64,000 nucleotides of DNA, taken from NCBI RefSeq assembly GCF_009914755.1, contig NC_060930.1, one strand, 5' to 3'. The notes below the pieces were generated by a model. The model was given only the letters and a program-made list of their open reading frames with translations, was not told the origin of the DNA and did not search any database. Made by a program: the position numbers and the translations under genes. Shown in pieces: positions 1-13,109 of the stretch. Position 1 is the stretch's first letter; each line of letters begins with the position of its first letter. Origin of the DNA: the human T2T-CHM13v2.0 reference genome, Homo sapiens.

Positions 1-2895
1 TTCCAGGTTATCACATGGCCCCAGAATTGTCTTTCTACTCACACACTTTTCTGCATGTTGTTTTTTGCTTACTTTCAGTGTAGCACATAACCCTTCCTGA
101 CGTGGTCCTAACTATTCTTTCATCCTCCATCACTTTCACTTGTGCTCTTGTGCCCAGGCAGCACTGAACTACGCAGAATTCCCTGCACAATCCCATGTCT
201 TTCCATGCCTCAGTGCCTCTGATGACCCATGGGCCTGGATGCCCTTTCTCCCCATCTTTGCTTGATAAACTTCAATGGTCAAGGGCTAGTTCAGGTCCTT
301 CTTCGGTGAACCTGTCTCCATATTTCCCAGGTAGCTGTTTCCACATCTTCCAGTTATTTGGTTATATTTCTCTTATAACACTTTTCACGCAGTAGTTTGT
401 ATTCTCCGGATCTTGTTTCATATCTGGAACAGATGATCAATTCTTTTTCTTTGTCTTTCTTTTTTTGATGGCTGTTGGATGAGCAAAATAAAATTTGTCA
501 TACTTTTATATCTAAGGTTCTGTATCTATGTAATCCTTCACAACTTATTTTAGCCTTAGTAAAAGACTGAGTTGTTGAACAGTAGATGTATTTAATTTTT
601 AATATTTAATTAATTAAGTGCCATTGTGAGATGTGAGTTTTGACTTGCTGGGTTTACATTTAGCTGAGAATTACATCTTAGTACAAAAATAGAATTCTTT
701 TTTTTATATCTCTAACTTTCCTTTCTTAAAATATATTCCGATAGAGGAGTTGCACCTGAAAAATTAAGATAGTCCACTTTGCCTAACATATTTTCGGCAG
801 GTAGTTTGAAGGAACCAAAAACATTCTGAGATTTTGCAAAGCATAATTGCTTTCGATTCTATGCCTATATTGTTCTTAATATTGTACTTTACACTTTAAT
901 GAAGTGTAAAGTATTGAATAATAATATGACTTCTTTTTCTTCCTTCATGGGTTAGTAGGGATATAAATGATAGGAAGGCATATAGTTAATTCCATTTATT
1001 CTATTTATTCATTCATAAATGGGTCATGTACCTATTATCACCATTTTCCATGGTAGGATTATTGAGTCCAGTTATTATGTGAATCTTTGGGTTTTCCTTT
1101 CAATTCCAGGTATTGTAACCTGATATGTGAGTCAGTTTATTATTGTTGCAGTGTGCTCCAGGAATACATTCCTACTAATCTGATTGTCTCCACAGGGTAG
1201 ATTTTGCAGATACACTTCAACTCATTTACAGTTCAGGACAGCATGAGAGCAGGGGGATAATAAAGATTTAGTAATGTTATTGGTGTATTTGGCTGCATAT
1301 GGATATTTGTATTTTTCCAGATTTGTCTTGGATTTAGTGTTATTTCTGAGGGATTTTTCTTTTCAGTGAGTTTCATCTAAGATTGTTAAGAAGCATAGAA
1401 AGAATAGACAAGATTCTCCTTGACTAAACATTTAAATATAAAAGCACTCGGGATACAGTATAGAATGGAAATAAAAATTGGGAAAAGTGTTAAACTGACC
1501 CCAAACATTAACTGTTTATAGTGGATTGAGTGGTTCCAAGCTGTAGAGGGAACTATCCAAAATGGTACAATTAAAATAAAAATGAATTTTAAATACTCAT
1601 TCCCCCAATTAAGTGTGTGCTGTTATGACACTTCAGCTATTACTCATTAATTACTGCATAATTTGTGAGGCAAATTAAACAGATCTATAGCCATTGGATA
1701 AATGATCCACACTCCAGCAGCTTGCAACTGTCTGTGGTTCCTTGCACATACTAGGTGTTTTTATTCCTGTTTTGTCTTTACTGATTTAGTCCCATCTGCT
1801 GGAGTATACATAACTTCTGCTCAGTCCTTAAGGCTCATAGCAGGTGACACTGATTGCAGGATATTTTCTTGTTACTCTCAGGCTGGGATAGGTGCCTCTA
1901 TTTTACATAAGTCTATCACTGTATTTTTCCATCCCATTTTTACAATTACCTTTCACATGTTGGTTTCTACTATTAGACTATGAGGTCCTTGAAATTAGGG
2001 GTTGTTCTTTATTCACCAATACTTCACTCTATGTTTTCAGTCTAGTAGTAAATACTGTACAAGTGTCTGTAGAGTGAATACATGAAGCCAACTCTCAGAA
2101 ACTAGAATTTTCATTGCTGTGAAGCACTATTGAAAACTCTTATTTGGAAAGCTGAATTAAACATATTATCACCTACATTTTGTGGACACATCTGAATCAC
2201 TGCATTAAATTACTGTGTTTAATTTAGTCTAAAATAAAAGCAATATCTTTGTCCTCTAGTTTTTTAAGGGATATATTTTTAAAACAGAAAGGGAAAAATT
2301 GTAAGTGTAAATTGCTTCCCAATATAATCTCTTGAGTTCATATTTAATAAAGATAAGTTAATAAACAATTATTCCATGTGTGAGGGTATTTGTACATAAA
2401 TCACTTAGTCTGGCTTGGATTTAACATTGATAGGACATAATTGATCTTTAACAGACTGTGAAATTAAAGGTGGTTGAATCATTTAACTTTGCCTTTCCGT
2501 CAAGCAGACACCTGTTTTCTTGGTAGTGGAAATCTTGTTTTATATGCATTATTGACCAGTCCATTAATTAACCGTCTCACAATAATTAACATCATGTTAC
2601 CTTTTAGTTTATATCAGGAAAACCTACCAGAGTTTTCTAATCTGTTAAACTGCTGATAAACTGCCAGCTAGAGTTTTTCCCACTCCCCCAAAATGTTTAA
2701 AGGTGTCATGAATGAGGTATATTATGTTTTCTGGCTCATGATTTGGCAATCCAGTTTGTCATTACATATTACACAGAGTTGTCATGGATAAGAAGAGGTG
2801 GAAAATGTCCAGTAAGCCAGTTTTACTCTGCTTCTGTCAATTTATAACAAGCTGCCCCTTGAAATTTACTTTCTGATTATTCATAAGTATTGTCA

Positions 2896-3307
<412 letters not shown>

Positions 3308-3379
3308 TCATCCCCAAAATTAATGGTTCATGAGGTCACCTATATTACTTTCCTATTGCTACTATAAGAAATTACCACA

Positions 3380-3678
3380 GTCCAGGAGCGGTGGCTCATG
3401 CCCATAGTCCCAGCACTTTGGGAGGCCAGTGCAGGAGGATCACTTGAACCCAGGAGTTTGTGACCAGCTTGGGTTACATAGTGAGATCTCATCTCCACAA
3501 AAAATTTAAAAATTAGTGGAGTGTGGTGGCACGCACCTGTAATCCTAACTACTCAGGAGGTTCAGGCGGGAGGATCGCTTGAGCCCAGGAGTTGGAGGTT
3601 GCAGTGAGCTATTATTGCACTGCTGCACTCCAGCCTGAGTGATAGAACAAATCCTGTTGCTAAGAAAAATAAAAAAGA
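3380..3678 (+). mobile_element. AluJ inserted in MLT1
   Basis: GGAGGATCACTTGAACCCAGGAG and GGAGGATCGCTTGAGCCCAGG (J diagnostics); perfect TSD AAGAAATTACCACA at 3366-3379 and 3679-3692. Confidence 0.93.
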
Positions 3679-3997
3679 AAGAAATTACCACAAACTTAGT
3701 GTCTTAAAATACCACAAATTTACTAGTTTACCTCAGTCCAAAATGGGTTTCACTAAGCTATAATCATAGTGTCAGCAGGATTCATTCTGGAGGCTTGAGC
3801 AAAGAATCTGTCTTCTTAGCTTTTCCAGCTTCTAGAGGCCACCTGCAACCCTTGGCTCATGACATAGTCCTCCATCTTCAAAATCAGCAACCACATCACT
3901 CTGACCTTTACTTTGATTACATTGGGCTGCCCACATAATCCAAGATAATCTCTCCATCTCAAGGCATTTAATCATGTCAGCAAAATCCCTTTTGCTC

Positions 3998-5205
3998 TGT
4001 GTGTTAGGGATCCCCAAGAACACTCCCAAGTTTAATTCTTTTTTTCTTTTTTAATTATACTTTAAGTTCTAGGGTACATGTACACAACGTGCAGGTTTGT
4101 TACATATGTATACATGTGCCATGTTGGTGTGCTGCACCCATTAACTCGTCATTTACATTAGGTATATCTCCTAATGCTATCCCTCCCCCATCCCCCCACC
4201 CCACGGCAGGTGCCAGTGTGTGGTGTTCCCCACCCTGTGTCCAAGTGTTCTCATTGTTCAATTCCCACCTATGAGTGAGAACATGCAGTGTTTGGTTTTC
4301 TGTCCTTGCGATAGTTTGCTCAGAAATTGTTTCCAGCTTCATCCATGTCCCTACAAAGGACATGAACTCATCCTTTTTTATGGCTGCATAGTATTCTATG
4401 GTGTATATGTGCCACATTTTCTTAATCCAGTCTATCATTGATGGACATTTGGGTTGGTTCCAAGTCTTTGCTATTGTGAATAGTGCCACAATAAACTCAC
4501 GTGTGCATGTGTCTTTATAGCAGCATGATTTATAATCCTTTGGGTATATACCCAGTAATGGGATGGCTGGGTCAAATGGTATTTCTAGTTCTAGATCCTT
4601 GAGGAATTGCCACACTGTCTTCCACAATTGTTGAACTAGTTTACAGTCCCACCAACAGTGTAAAAGGAACACTCCCAAGTTTAATTCTTTGCTAGGAGGA
4701 CTCACAGGTTTCAGCATATAGTCATACTCACAGCTATGATTTATTATGGCAGAAAACACCCAAAACAAATCAAAGCCAGTCAAGAGAAAGGCCCTTGGGC
4801 AAAGTTGAAGAAATTGTGCACAAAGTTTCCAGGGTCCTCTCTCGATGGAGTCACCAAGGATGTGCTTAATTCTCCCAGCAATGGGTTGTGACAACACATG
4901 TAAAATATTATTAACTGAAGCAAGTCATTAGAGACTTAGTGTCTACAGTTTTTTCTGGGGCTGGTCATATAGGCAACTTCTACCTATCACGTTCTAAAAT
5001 TCCAGACTCCCAAAAGCAAAGGAGGCATTCAGCATAAACTATATTGTTTGCCAAAACATTTTAAGCACAGTGAGCAACCCTTATCAGTTAACAGTGGGAA
5101 CCCTCTAAAGTCTAAATTCCCAGATACTATCTAAGGGCCAATCCTAGAGGTAGGCCTTTTCAAGAATAGCAATTTAAAACTGCTGTTTTAACTCGTTTCT
5201 TCACA
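3998..5205 (-). mobile_element. MER21 (MER21C-like) LTR inserted in MLT1, itself interrupted by an L1
   Basis: GCTAGGAGGACTCACAGG-TCAGCATATAGTCATACTCACAGCTATGATTTATTA, AAATTCCAGACTCCC, GGCCTTTT-CAAGAATAGC ... TTCACA end. Confidence 0.8.
4042..4666 (-). mobile_element. L1PA (PA4/5-like) 3' fragment, 5'-truncated
   Basis: T-tail, then TATACTTTAAGTTCTAGGGTACATG 3'UTR; ORF2 C-terminus ([10 protein letters not shown]...[28 protein letters not shown]); 24-bp TSD. Confidence 0.95.
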
Positions 5206-5254
5206 CCATATAAGGTAATTTATTTGCAGGTTTCAGGGATTAGGGTGCAGACAT

Positions 5255-6461
5255 TTTGTTTTTTTATTATTATACTTTATGTTCTGGGTTACATGTGCAG
5301 AACGTGCAGTTTTGTTACACAGGTATGTACATGTCATTGTGGTTTGCTGCACCCATCAACCCGTCACCTACATTAGGTATTTCTCCTAATGCTATCCCTC
5401 CCCTAGCCCCCAACCCCACACAGGCCCCAGTGTGTGATGATCCCCTCCCTGTGTCCATGTGTTCTCATTGTTCAACTCCCACTTATGAGTGAGAACATGC
5501 GGTGTTTCATTTTCTGATCTTGTGATAGTTTGCTGAGAATGATGGTTTCCAGCGTCATCCATGTCCCTGCAAAGGACATGAACTCATCCTTTTTTATGGC
5601 TGCATAGTATTCCATGGTATATATGGGCCACATTTTCTTAATCCAGTCTATCATTGATGGACATTTGGGTTGGTTCCAAGACTTTGCTATTGTGAACAGT
5701 GCCGTGATAAACATATGTGTGCATGTGTCTTTATTGTAGAATGATTTATAATCCTGTGGGTATATGCCCAGTAAAGGGATGGCTGGGTCAAATGGTATTT
5801 CTGGTTCTAGATCCTTGAGGAATCACCACACTGTCTTCCACAATTGTTGAACTAATTTACACTCCCACCAAAAGTGTAAAAGCATTCCTATTTTTCCACA
5901 ATCTCTGCAGGATCTGTTGTTTCCTGACTTTTTAATGATCGCCATTCTAACTGGCATAAGATGGTATCTCATTGCGGTTTTGATTTGCATTTCTCTAATA
6001 AGCAGTGATGATGAGCATATTTTCATATGTCTGTTGGTTGCATAAATGTCTTCTTTTGAGAAGTGTCTGTTCATATCCCTTGCCCATTTTTTGATGAGGT
6101 TGTTTGCTTTATTCTTGTAAATTTAAGTTCCTTGTAGATTCTGGATATTAGCCCTTTGTCAGATGGATACATTGCACAAATCTTCTCCCATTCTGTAGGT
6201 TGTCTGTTCACTCTGATGATAGTTTCTTTTGCTTTTCAGAAGCTCTTTAGTTTAATTAGATCCCATTTGTCAATTTTGGCTTTTGTTTCCATTGCTTTTG
6301 ATGTTTTAGACATGAAGTCTTTGCCCATGCCTATGTCCTGAATGGTATTGTCCAGGTTTTCTTTTAGGATTTTAATGGTCCTAGGTCTTATGTTTAAGTC
6401 TTTGATCATCTTGAATTGATTTTTTTATAAGGTGTAAGGAAGGGGTCCAGTTTCAGTTTTC
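5255..6461 (-). mobile_element. L1PA (PA6/7-like) 3' fragment, 5'-truncated
   Basis: L1 3'UTR and ORF2 C-terminal peptides ([12 protein letters not shown]..., WNQPKCPSMIDWIKK); TSD TAGGGTGCAGACAT at 5241-5254 and 6462-6475. Confidence 0.95.
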
Positions 6462-6629
6462 TAGGGTGCAGACATGTTTTAAGGGGAGACATTATTCTGC
6501 CTACAACGTCCTTATTTTTTTGTATACTCACAACTCTTGCCCAGTGTCTTGCATTTAGTGCGTGCATGGGAAGTTTTCCTGTGGACCATGATTTGGCATA
6601 TTCTCCTGTGGCCTGGGCTTAGGAAATGT

Positions 6630-7400
6630 CATTAACATCCACCTAGTACCTGAATAGAAAAATCTACTTTGGTCCTTTCCTTTTTTCTGTCCTTCATATT
6701 CAATCAATCACGAAGTCCCACTGATTCTACTCTCTAAGCATTTTTTTTATTTCCTTTGGATTCACAACTATACTACCACTGTAGTTCAGGCCACCATAAC
6801 TTCTTGACTATCTTTGTCTATAAACCCTGGGCTGGTTTCAAGCTCTAGTTCTGCTTCCCTCCAATCCTTCCTCCAGGCAGAAACAAGTGTGTTCTTTTAG
6901 AACACAAATCAAATAGTGTTATTGCCCTATTAATAACCCTTCAATCGTCTCTGTACTTCTCCAGGCTCAATTTTTACCCTCTTGCCTTGCACATATACAG
7001 TTTCCAGTCACATTGAATTTCTCTTGGTTTCTCAAACAGACAGTTTCCCTCAGGTCTTACGTGAGTTTGTTCCTTTGTACTAAACACTTTCCCCTTTCTT
7101 TGCCAAGTTAATTCTGCTTATCCCTTTACTTGGGTCTCAGCATAAACTTTTCTTTCTCAGGGAGATCTCACCAGGCTTCTAAATAGATTAGGTCCCTTTA
7201 CTACCTACTCCTTGGTACCTGAACTTTCCCTATCATTCCACTCATCCACAAAGTTATGATTTTGTGTATCTCTCTATTAGATGATACTCTCCACTATGGT
7301 AGAGTCTCTGCTTTGTTTTCTTTTATTTCACTAATAGCTAGCACATGAAATTGGGCATACTAGGTTTTCAATAAATATTTCCTAAATTAGTGAATGGATT
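6630..7400 (+). mobile_element. L2 3' region, decayed
   Basis: L2-type motifs (GTTCAGGCCACCAT, ACACAAATCAAATAGTGT) ending in CAATAAATATTT...GTGAATGGA. Confidence 0.6.
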
Positions 7401-7429
7401 ACTACCTAAGGCTGTTAAGAGTGATCGTA

Positions 7430-7752
7430 TGGCAGCTTTGGAAAACAGCCTGGTAGTTCCTCAAATGGTCAAACATAGAGTTACTCTATGACCTAGCAAT
7501 TTCACCTCCATGTATGTATTCAAGAGAAATGAAAACATACATTAGTGATTTTCCAGAGCTGAGGAAGTTGGAAAGAAATGGGGAGTGACTGCTGAGTACG
7601 GGGGTTCCATTCTGAGGTAATGACAATGTTATAAAGCTGATTATTATAATGGTTGCACAATTTTGTGAATATATTAAAAACTATTAAATGGTGCACAATT
7701 TGTATATTGTACAGTATATGTGTTGTATGTCAATAAAGCTGTTATTAAAAAA
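7430..7752 (+). mobile_element. Old L1M (MB/MC-type) 3' end
   Basis: TTTGGAAAACAG...GTTCCTCAAATGGTCAAACATAGAGTTAC...ATGACCTAGCAATT; ends CAATAAAGCTGTTATTAAAAAA. Confidence 0.75.
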
Positions 7753-7904
7753 GAATGATTGAAAACCAGCCAATGTATCATTCAACTTTGAAAGACAGCT
7801 GATGTCTAATATAGATTAAGAAGAACATTAAGTTCAAGAAATACTAATTGAATGAGTGAATAGCCTACTATCTTCCCAAGACTACTGCATTCTGTGTTGA
7901 CTAA

Positions 7905-8350
7905 AATGTCCAGTCAGCTAGTTCACTTCACAACTCAAGCACTCACATACATGCTTTTCCTTGGGTTGACTGTTGTACTTTGGTAAGAAGCAGAAGGGCT
8001 TTATGTATATTACATAAAATATTTTAAAAAGGAATGAATTCAAGGGTTGAGATTTAATAAAATTAATACTTTTAAGTGATTCATCAAGAACACCCTTAAC
8101 TAACACTTGCTCCCCCTCATCCTTTGCCCCAGCCACTGCTAGTGTGTGGTACAGGGTAATGAATGCAATGACTGATTCAGGTTTAGGTGCCAACAGGTGT
8201 CCTCATTATTGCTTTTGCAATAGTGTAATATCACCTTAGTGAAGAAGGCAAGTAGCTTCTTAGCATGAAATTAGTTTTGACCAAATGATTGTCCTGAAAG
8301 GATCTCAAGGAATCCATGCAGTTCTGTAGACCACAGTGTGAGCACTGCTG
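7905..8350 (-). mobile_element. hAT-Charlie DNA transposon (Charlie1-like) with transposase remnant
   Basis: ORF 7918-8193 contains VLDESLKSINFIKSQPLNSFLFKI, resembling Charlie transposase VLDEAVKIINFIKSRPL; TIR-like end CAGCAGTGCTCACACTGTGGTC. Confidence 0.75.
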
Positions 8351-8504
8351 TCCTAAGTGATATAAAATCACAGAAGCCTTATAACAAAGGTTCAGAATGT
8401 GTTTACAGATCTCCCTGGTATTCAATATTAGGTTGTGCCCAAGTGGTCCTTGCTTTTAGGATTGATAATCATTGCAATCAAGGTGGAAATTATTTGGTCA
8501 AATT

Positions 8505-8798
8505 TCTTTTCTTTTTTTTAAGACAGGATCTCTCTCTGTTATCTAAGCTGGAGTGTAGTGGCACAGTCACAGCTCACTGCAGCCTCAACCTCTGGGCTCA
8601 AGCAATCCTCCCATCTTAGCTTCCTGAGTAGCTGGGGTAACAGAAGTGTGTCACCACGCCCAGCATATTTTAAAGTTTTTTTGTAGAAATAGGGTCTCAC
8701 TATGTTGCCTAGGCTGGTCTCAAACTCCTGGGCTCAAGCAATCCACCTGCCTTGGCCTCCCAGAGTTCTGGGATTGTAGACATGAGCCACTGTGCCAA
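8505..8798 (-). mobile_element. AluJ
   Basis: T-tail, CAGCTCACTGCAGCCTCAACCTCTGGGCTCAAGCAATCC, both monomers present. Confidence 0.92.
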
Positions 8799-10103
8799 GT
8801 TTCTCCTTAATGTGGTATACTTCTAATTAAGGAGACAGCATTGCTAATTGTTAAATAATTAGCATTTCTCTGCTTTTCACTGTCAGTGGATATATTAACA
8901 GCAATCACTTCAAACTTTGTTATCTCTGGTCTTAATGTTTTTTTTTCCTCTTCTGTTCTCTTCTCTCTTATCTAGAATAGTGAAATAAGGTGGCCAAGGA
9001 GGCAGAGATGGAGTCAGGGACTCTGTGGTAAGTAACCTTTCATGGTCTAAGAAGCTCATACCACTGCTCTGGATATCTTTTCTTAGAAGCTTTCTGAATG
9101 ACTTATGGTAATAGATTGGAGATGGATTGAAACATTCTGGCTGCTCCACATCTGGGTACTGAGAAGCCTGCTACCAAATTCTTGATTTGAGTTAAAAGAT
9201 GCCATTCAGGACACAGTTTCAGGCATAGTTAGGCTCAGCCCATGAATAATTTTCCAAGCATTGATGTAAGAGAAAAATTGCCAAAGTATTCTGTGATTTG
9301 CAATTAGATTTTAAGATATAGCTACCATAATTTGTGATAACACTGAAGGATAATGTACCAGTGGCAGTTTAGAGTTTTGCAATGTGTTAATGAAGGTTGT
9401 CTTTGTTTAGCTTTTTGTACGCATTTCTTCAGGGAACACTAAAATACTTCTTTGTGTTGCAGAAGATTTCTCAGCATGGCCAGGTGGCATTTAAAGAGCC
9501 TAATGAGAAAGATGACTTGGCTCCAAGTGGCAATGTCAAAAGATACATTGCAGCTGCCCTGTCTCAGAGGGCCTGGAACGAAACCAACATTCTCAATTAC
9601 TGCCCAGTGCTAGCACATCACTACTCCTTCTCAGCATCGTCTTCTTCCAGCAGTATTCATGCCCTCTCTTCATCTGTTCAAGTGGGTGCTTTGGCATGAA
9701 GGAAGCCGTGCTTTATCTCCCAAATGCATCTTGCTGTCTTTGGCACATTTGTTATTTGTTGGTGGTGGTGACAGGACTCAGCTGTTTCATGACAGGCTTT
9801 GAGAGAGTGAATCAATTGTTATTGTTTTTCTTTTTGAAATACCCATCAGACTTTGTGATTCCCCTTTAAAAATGAAGGCTGTTTCATGTCACTATCAGGA
9901 AAAAGAAAAATAAGTCAGAGAAAATTATATCATTTCCACATTTGATTATATTCGGTAACTGGTCAGAAGAAAACTAAGCCTTGATTTTTCACAATGTTCA
10001 TCTAGGTGGGAACAAATTCTAGATTTCTCAGAAATCTCATTTTATAGAAATATAGCATTAGGAGTATACTGATTTGGCCTTGGCTTTTAAAATTCCTTAG
10101 AAA

Positions 10104-10215
10104 GATAGACAGAGAGAGAGAGAGAGAGAGAGCAAGAAGAAAAAGAAAGAAAGGGAGAGACAGAGAAAGAAAGAAGGAAAGAAAGAAAGAGAAAGACAAA
10201 GACGAAGAAAGAGTG
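10104..10215. repeat. (GA)n/(GAAA)n polypurine tract
   Basis: Directly visible. Confidence 0.9.
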
Positions 10216-10809
10216 AGACTTTATTATTTCCAGCTTTTCACTGTCCCAGGAGGGCAGGAACCCTCTAAGAAGCACTTTGTGAGAATCCAGGAGATTGCTT
10301 CTCACTTGAATGGTATTTGAAATTTCCTGTGGACTGTGGATCTGAAATCTTAGGGTCAGGATGAAGGATTTGTGATCTAAGGCTTCTTGATCCTACCTCC
10401 TAAAAAACACAAATTAATATTGGTAGAACTCATCACCACAGGATTACTATCCAGCTGCATCAAATCCAGATAAAACTGAGTAATAAATTCACAAAGTTGA
10501 ATGTTCTTTGTTTTTGAAGAATCAAGTTAAACCTTTTATGTCTGACACTGTTATTCAAAACCTAAACCAGTTCTAAGTTTAAAAACCATTGTAAGAAAAC
10601 TTCAACTTCTTAAGGTTTTTAGAATGATATTTAAAATTTGGCTGAACCTAATTTATGGCTTAAAAAAGGAGGAAAGCCGGAACATATTCATGCCCTACCT
10701 TTGTATATGGTTCACATTCTGTGAAATAGTTTCCACAGCATTGTGCTAACAAGGGATACTGAAAAAAGAAGCTTCTTGAGGTCAGTGTCTCCTCTTGTTT
10801 TTACTAGCA

Positions 10810-10990
10810 ATCAGCTAGTTTTGCCAGTTATGTGACCTTGAACAAAATCACCTTTCCATGCCTTAGTTTTCTCAACCGTGATATGGGAATAATAATAGTG
10901 ATATCTTCTAGAGTTGCATAAGGATTAAAATAATAAATACAATAAAGCACTAGAACAGTGCCAGATACAAAAGAAACACTACATTAGGTG
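10810..10990 (+). mobile_element. MIR
   Basis: MIR core TGTGACCTTGAACAA...GCCTTAGTTTTCTC...ATGGGAATAATAATAGT...AAAGCACTAGAACAGTGCC. Confidence 0.8.
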
Positions 10991-11052
10991 TTGTAGTTAT
11001 GACTGAGATGATGCTAATTGTACAAGAAAAAAGATGAATAAAGAGAATGTAA

Positions 11053-11059
11053 GAGAGAG

Positions 11060-11096
<37 letters not shown>
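11053..11096. repeat. (GA)n/(GACA)n microsatellite
   Basis: Directly visible. Confidence 0.9.
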
Positions 11097-12419
11097 GATC
11101 TTCTTCCTGACAAGGAAGGGGAAAGGAGTTAGTGGTGATAGCTGGCGTGTTTCTTGGCATTCTTGGCATTCTTTTTTGGAAACTAACTTTCTAAGTGGGT
11201 GGAGAGTTTTCTTGAAGAAGACGGCATGGTTCATGGAGGAAGGCTTCCCTTTGGGCACGGGGTCTTTTCAGCCTTGCCAAAGATTCCCACATCCCTGGGA
11301 TCTGCAGAGCCGCGGACATGAGGACTAATCTCAGTCATGACTATGATAATCTCAACGGTGATTAGTGAAGACCCATGTATCTGGATTGGGGGTAGGGTGT
11401 GATGAGTCTGTTCTTCTCTACCTTTAGTGCTGTAACACACACAATCTCTGTGCATTCTTAAGGGAAGAAAAACTTAGTAGGCTGGGTACTTGGAGTTGAA
11501 TTTAGGTTTGTTTAAAGGTGATAAAAAAATTCAATGTTTTTTGTGTACCTGGATTGTAGACTAAGATTTATACCCACTGCGTTAATTGGCTTTTGTAGTT
11601 ATTGTTTATAGATGTGTTTTGGATGTTTCACATATGTATGTCCCATTTTTCAAAATATATCTTTGATAGTAGGGACCATTTAAAAATATCTGTCATAATT
11701 CTCCACTGTGCCAGAATATCACGAATATCACTCTGTGCACACAGCGAGTGTTTAGTCAATATTGACGTTCTGTACAGGGTCCCAGGATATGGTTCATAAT
11801 CGGCTTACTGGGGTACAGAGGTATAACCATATCCCTTCACCAAGTCATATGATACAAAACTTTTATCAATATGTAACAGTTTTTTTCTTTGCACCAACTG
11901 AATACTGTCACTCAGAACTCTGTAAAATATGACATAGATTAAATGGATTGTGTGATGCAGTTTAGTTAATATAAAACTATCATTAAAGAAAGAGCATGTG
12001 AGAACATTTGTACCAGGAGGGTATAGACAGCTAAGATCAGGGCAGGAGACAGCTCTACTGAAACAGCCACACAGTGCAGAAAGGCTGCAAGGGAATGCAT
12101 GAAGCCATAACTAGGGAAGCTTTAATGGAAATTGTGAGATGTCACATGATTTTCATGTTATTGTTAATGACTTTGATGATGATTTTGGTATTTAGTCTCT
12201 TTCAAGTACACCGTCAAAATTCTAGAATTCAAAAAAGTGTGACAAATACTGAAAAGTTAAGAATTACTGTTTTGGAATAATTATATCTTTTAAAAAATAG
12301 TTTGAGGCACTTGAATATTAGGAAGTTGATTCTTTCAACAGCATCTTTTTGGGCCAAAAAGAGTTATTTCAGCTGGATTGCCTCCTGCCTATTGTCCAGT
12401 GGTCAAGGAGATTTTAAGC

Positions 12420-12865
12420 AGCAAGGACAATGAGATCTTCTGGTATGACTTCCAACACTTCCATGCATGTCTTTGGAAAAGAAACAATTAGTCCAAATGT
12501 CTTTAGACAGTTTATGCAGGGGCTTAATGTTTGCATCAGTTTCCCTTGTTCTGTAAGTCACATAGGGTTGGTGCACACATGGGCCCAGGAAAATATTGTA
12601 CACATAGGATATGTGTCACTGCTGAGAAACCCTGAGTTTAAAAACCCTCAAGCTGGTAAGGGGCTGCTGGTAAACCTGTCCAATCTTTCCTCTCTAGGAA
12701 AACATTATCTTTATTACCTTGGAATGTAAGCAAATCCCCCATGAAGAAGGCAGGGAGACTTTATTATCCTGAAGTGACTAAATAAATCTGCTCTCTGACC
12801 AGGAGAGTGACATTCTCTCTAGCTTCTATAGCTGTCTGTTATGCAAATATCCTTGAACAAAATTG
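12420..12865 (-). mobile_element. ERVL LTR (LTR40/MER76 group)
   Basis: GAGAAACCCTGAGTTTA, AAACATTATCTTTATTA and GGCTGTC-TGTTATGCAAATATCCTTGA resemble this group's reverse consensus. Confidence 0.5.
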
Positions 12866-13109
12866 TTATTGAGCAATCATTGATGTATAATGCACTGGGT
12901 TTAACACTGAGGAAGAAATGATAGAGACCATCAGATCTGAATTTGAATCTGAGTTTTGCTGCATACTAATTGGGTCATCTTGGGTGAGTTATTTAACTAT
13001 TATTCCCTGTAAAGTGGAGAATAATATTTTCCTCTTCAAAGAGCTATTGAAATAAGTTACATAGTGTACTTCAAGCACCTGGCACTAAACAGAAATAATC
13101 ACATTGTAA

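Larger units (their letters stand above)
3341..6507 (-). mobile_element. MLT1 (MLT1D-like) MaLR LTR, split by nested insertions
   Basis: Collinear pieces at 3341-3379, 3693-3996, 5206-5254 and 6462-6507 (AATTACCACAAACTTAGT, TTTTCCAGCTTCTAGAGGCC, CAAAATCCCTTTTGC, CCATATAAGGTAA, CATTATTCTGCCTAC) match the reverse MLT1 consensus. Confidence 0.8.

Noticed and set aside
1085-1116. Polypyrimidine-AG|GT (recursive-splice-like) site; a similar one at 13905-13936
   Set aside because: The regenerated donors (GTATTG, GTACTA) are weak, and such motifs arise often by chance in T-rich introns.
4100-4897. 265-aa ORF on the minus strand
   Set aside because: Chance in-frame fusion of MER21 LTR sequence (GTG start) with the L1 ORF2 C-terminus, reading through into the L1 3'UTR after a small deletion; no sign it is a gene.
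9397-9699. 100-aa ORF in unique sequence
   Set aside because: Non-ATG start, no recognisable domain and no convincing donor; more likely non-coding.
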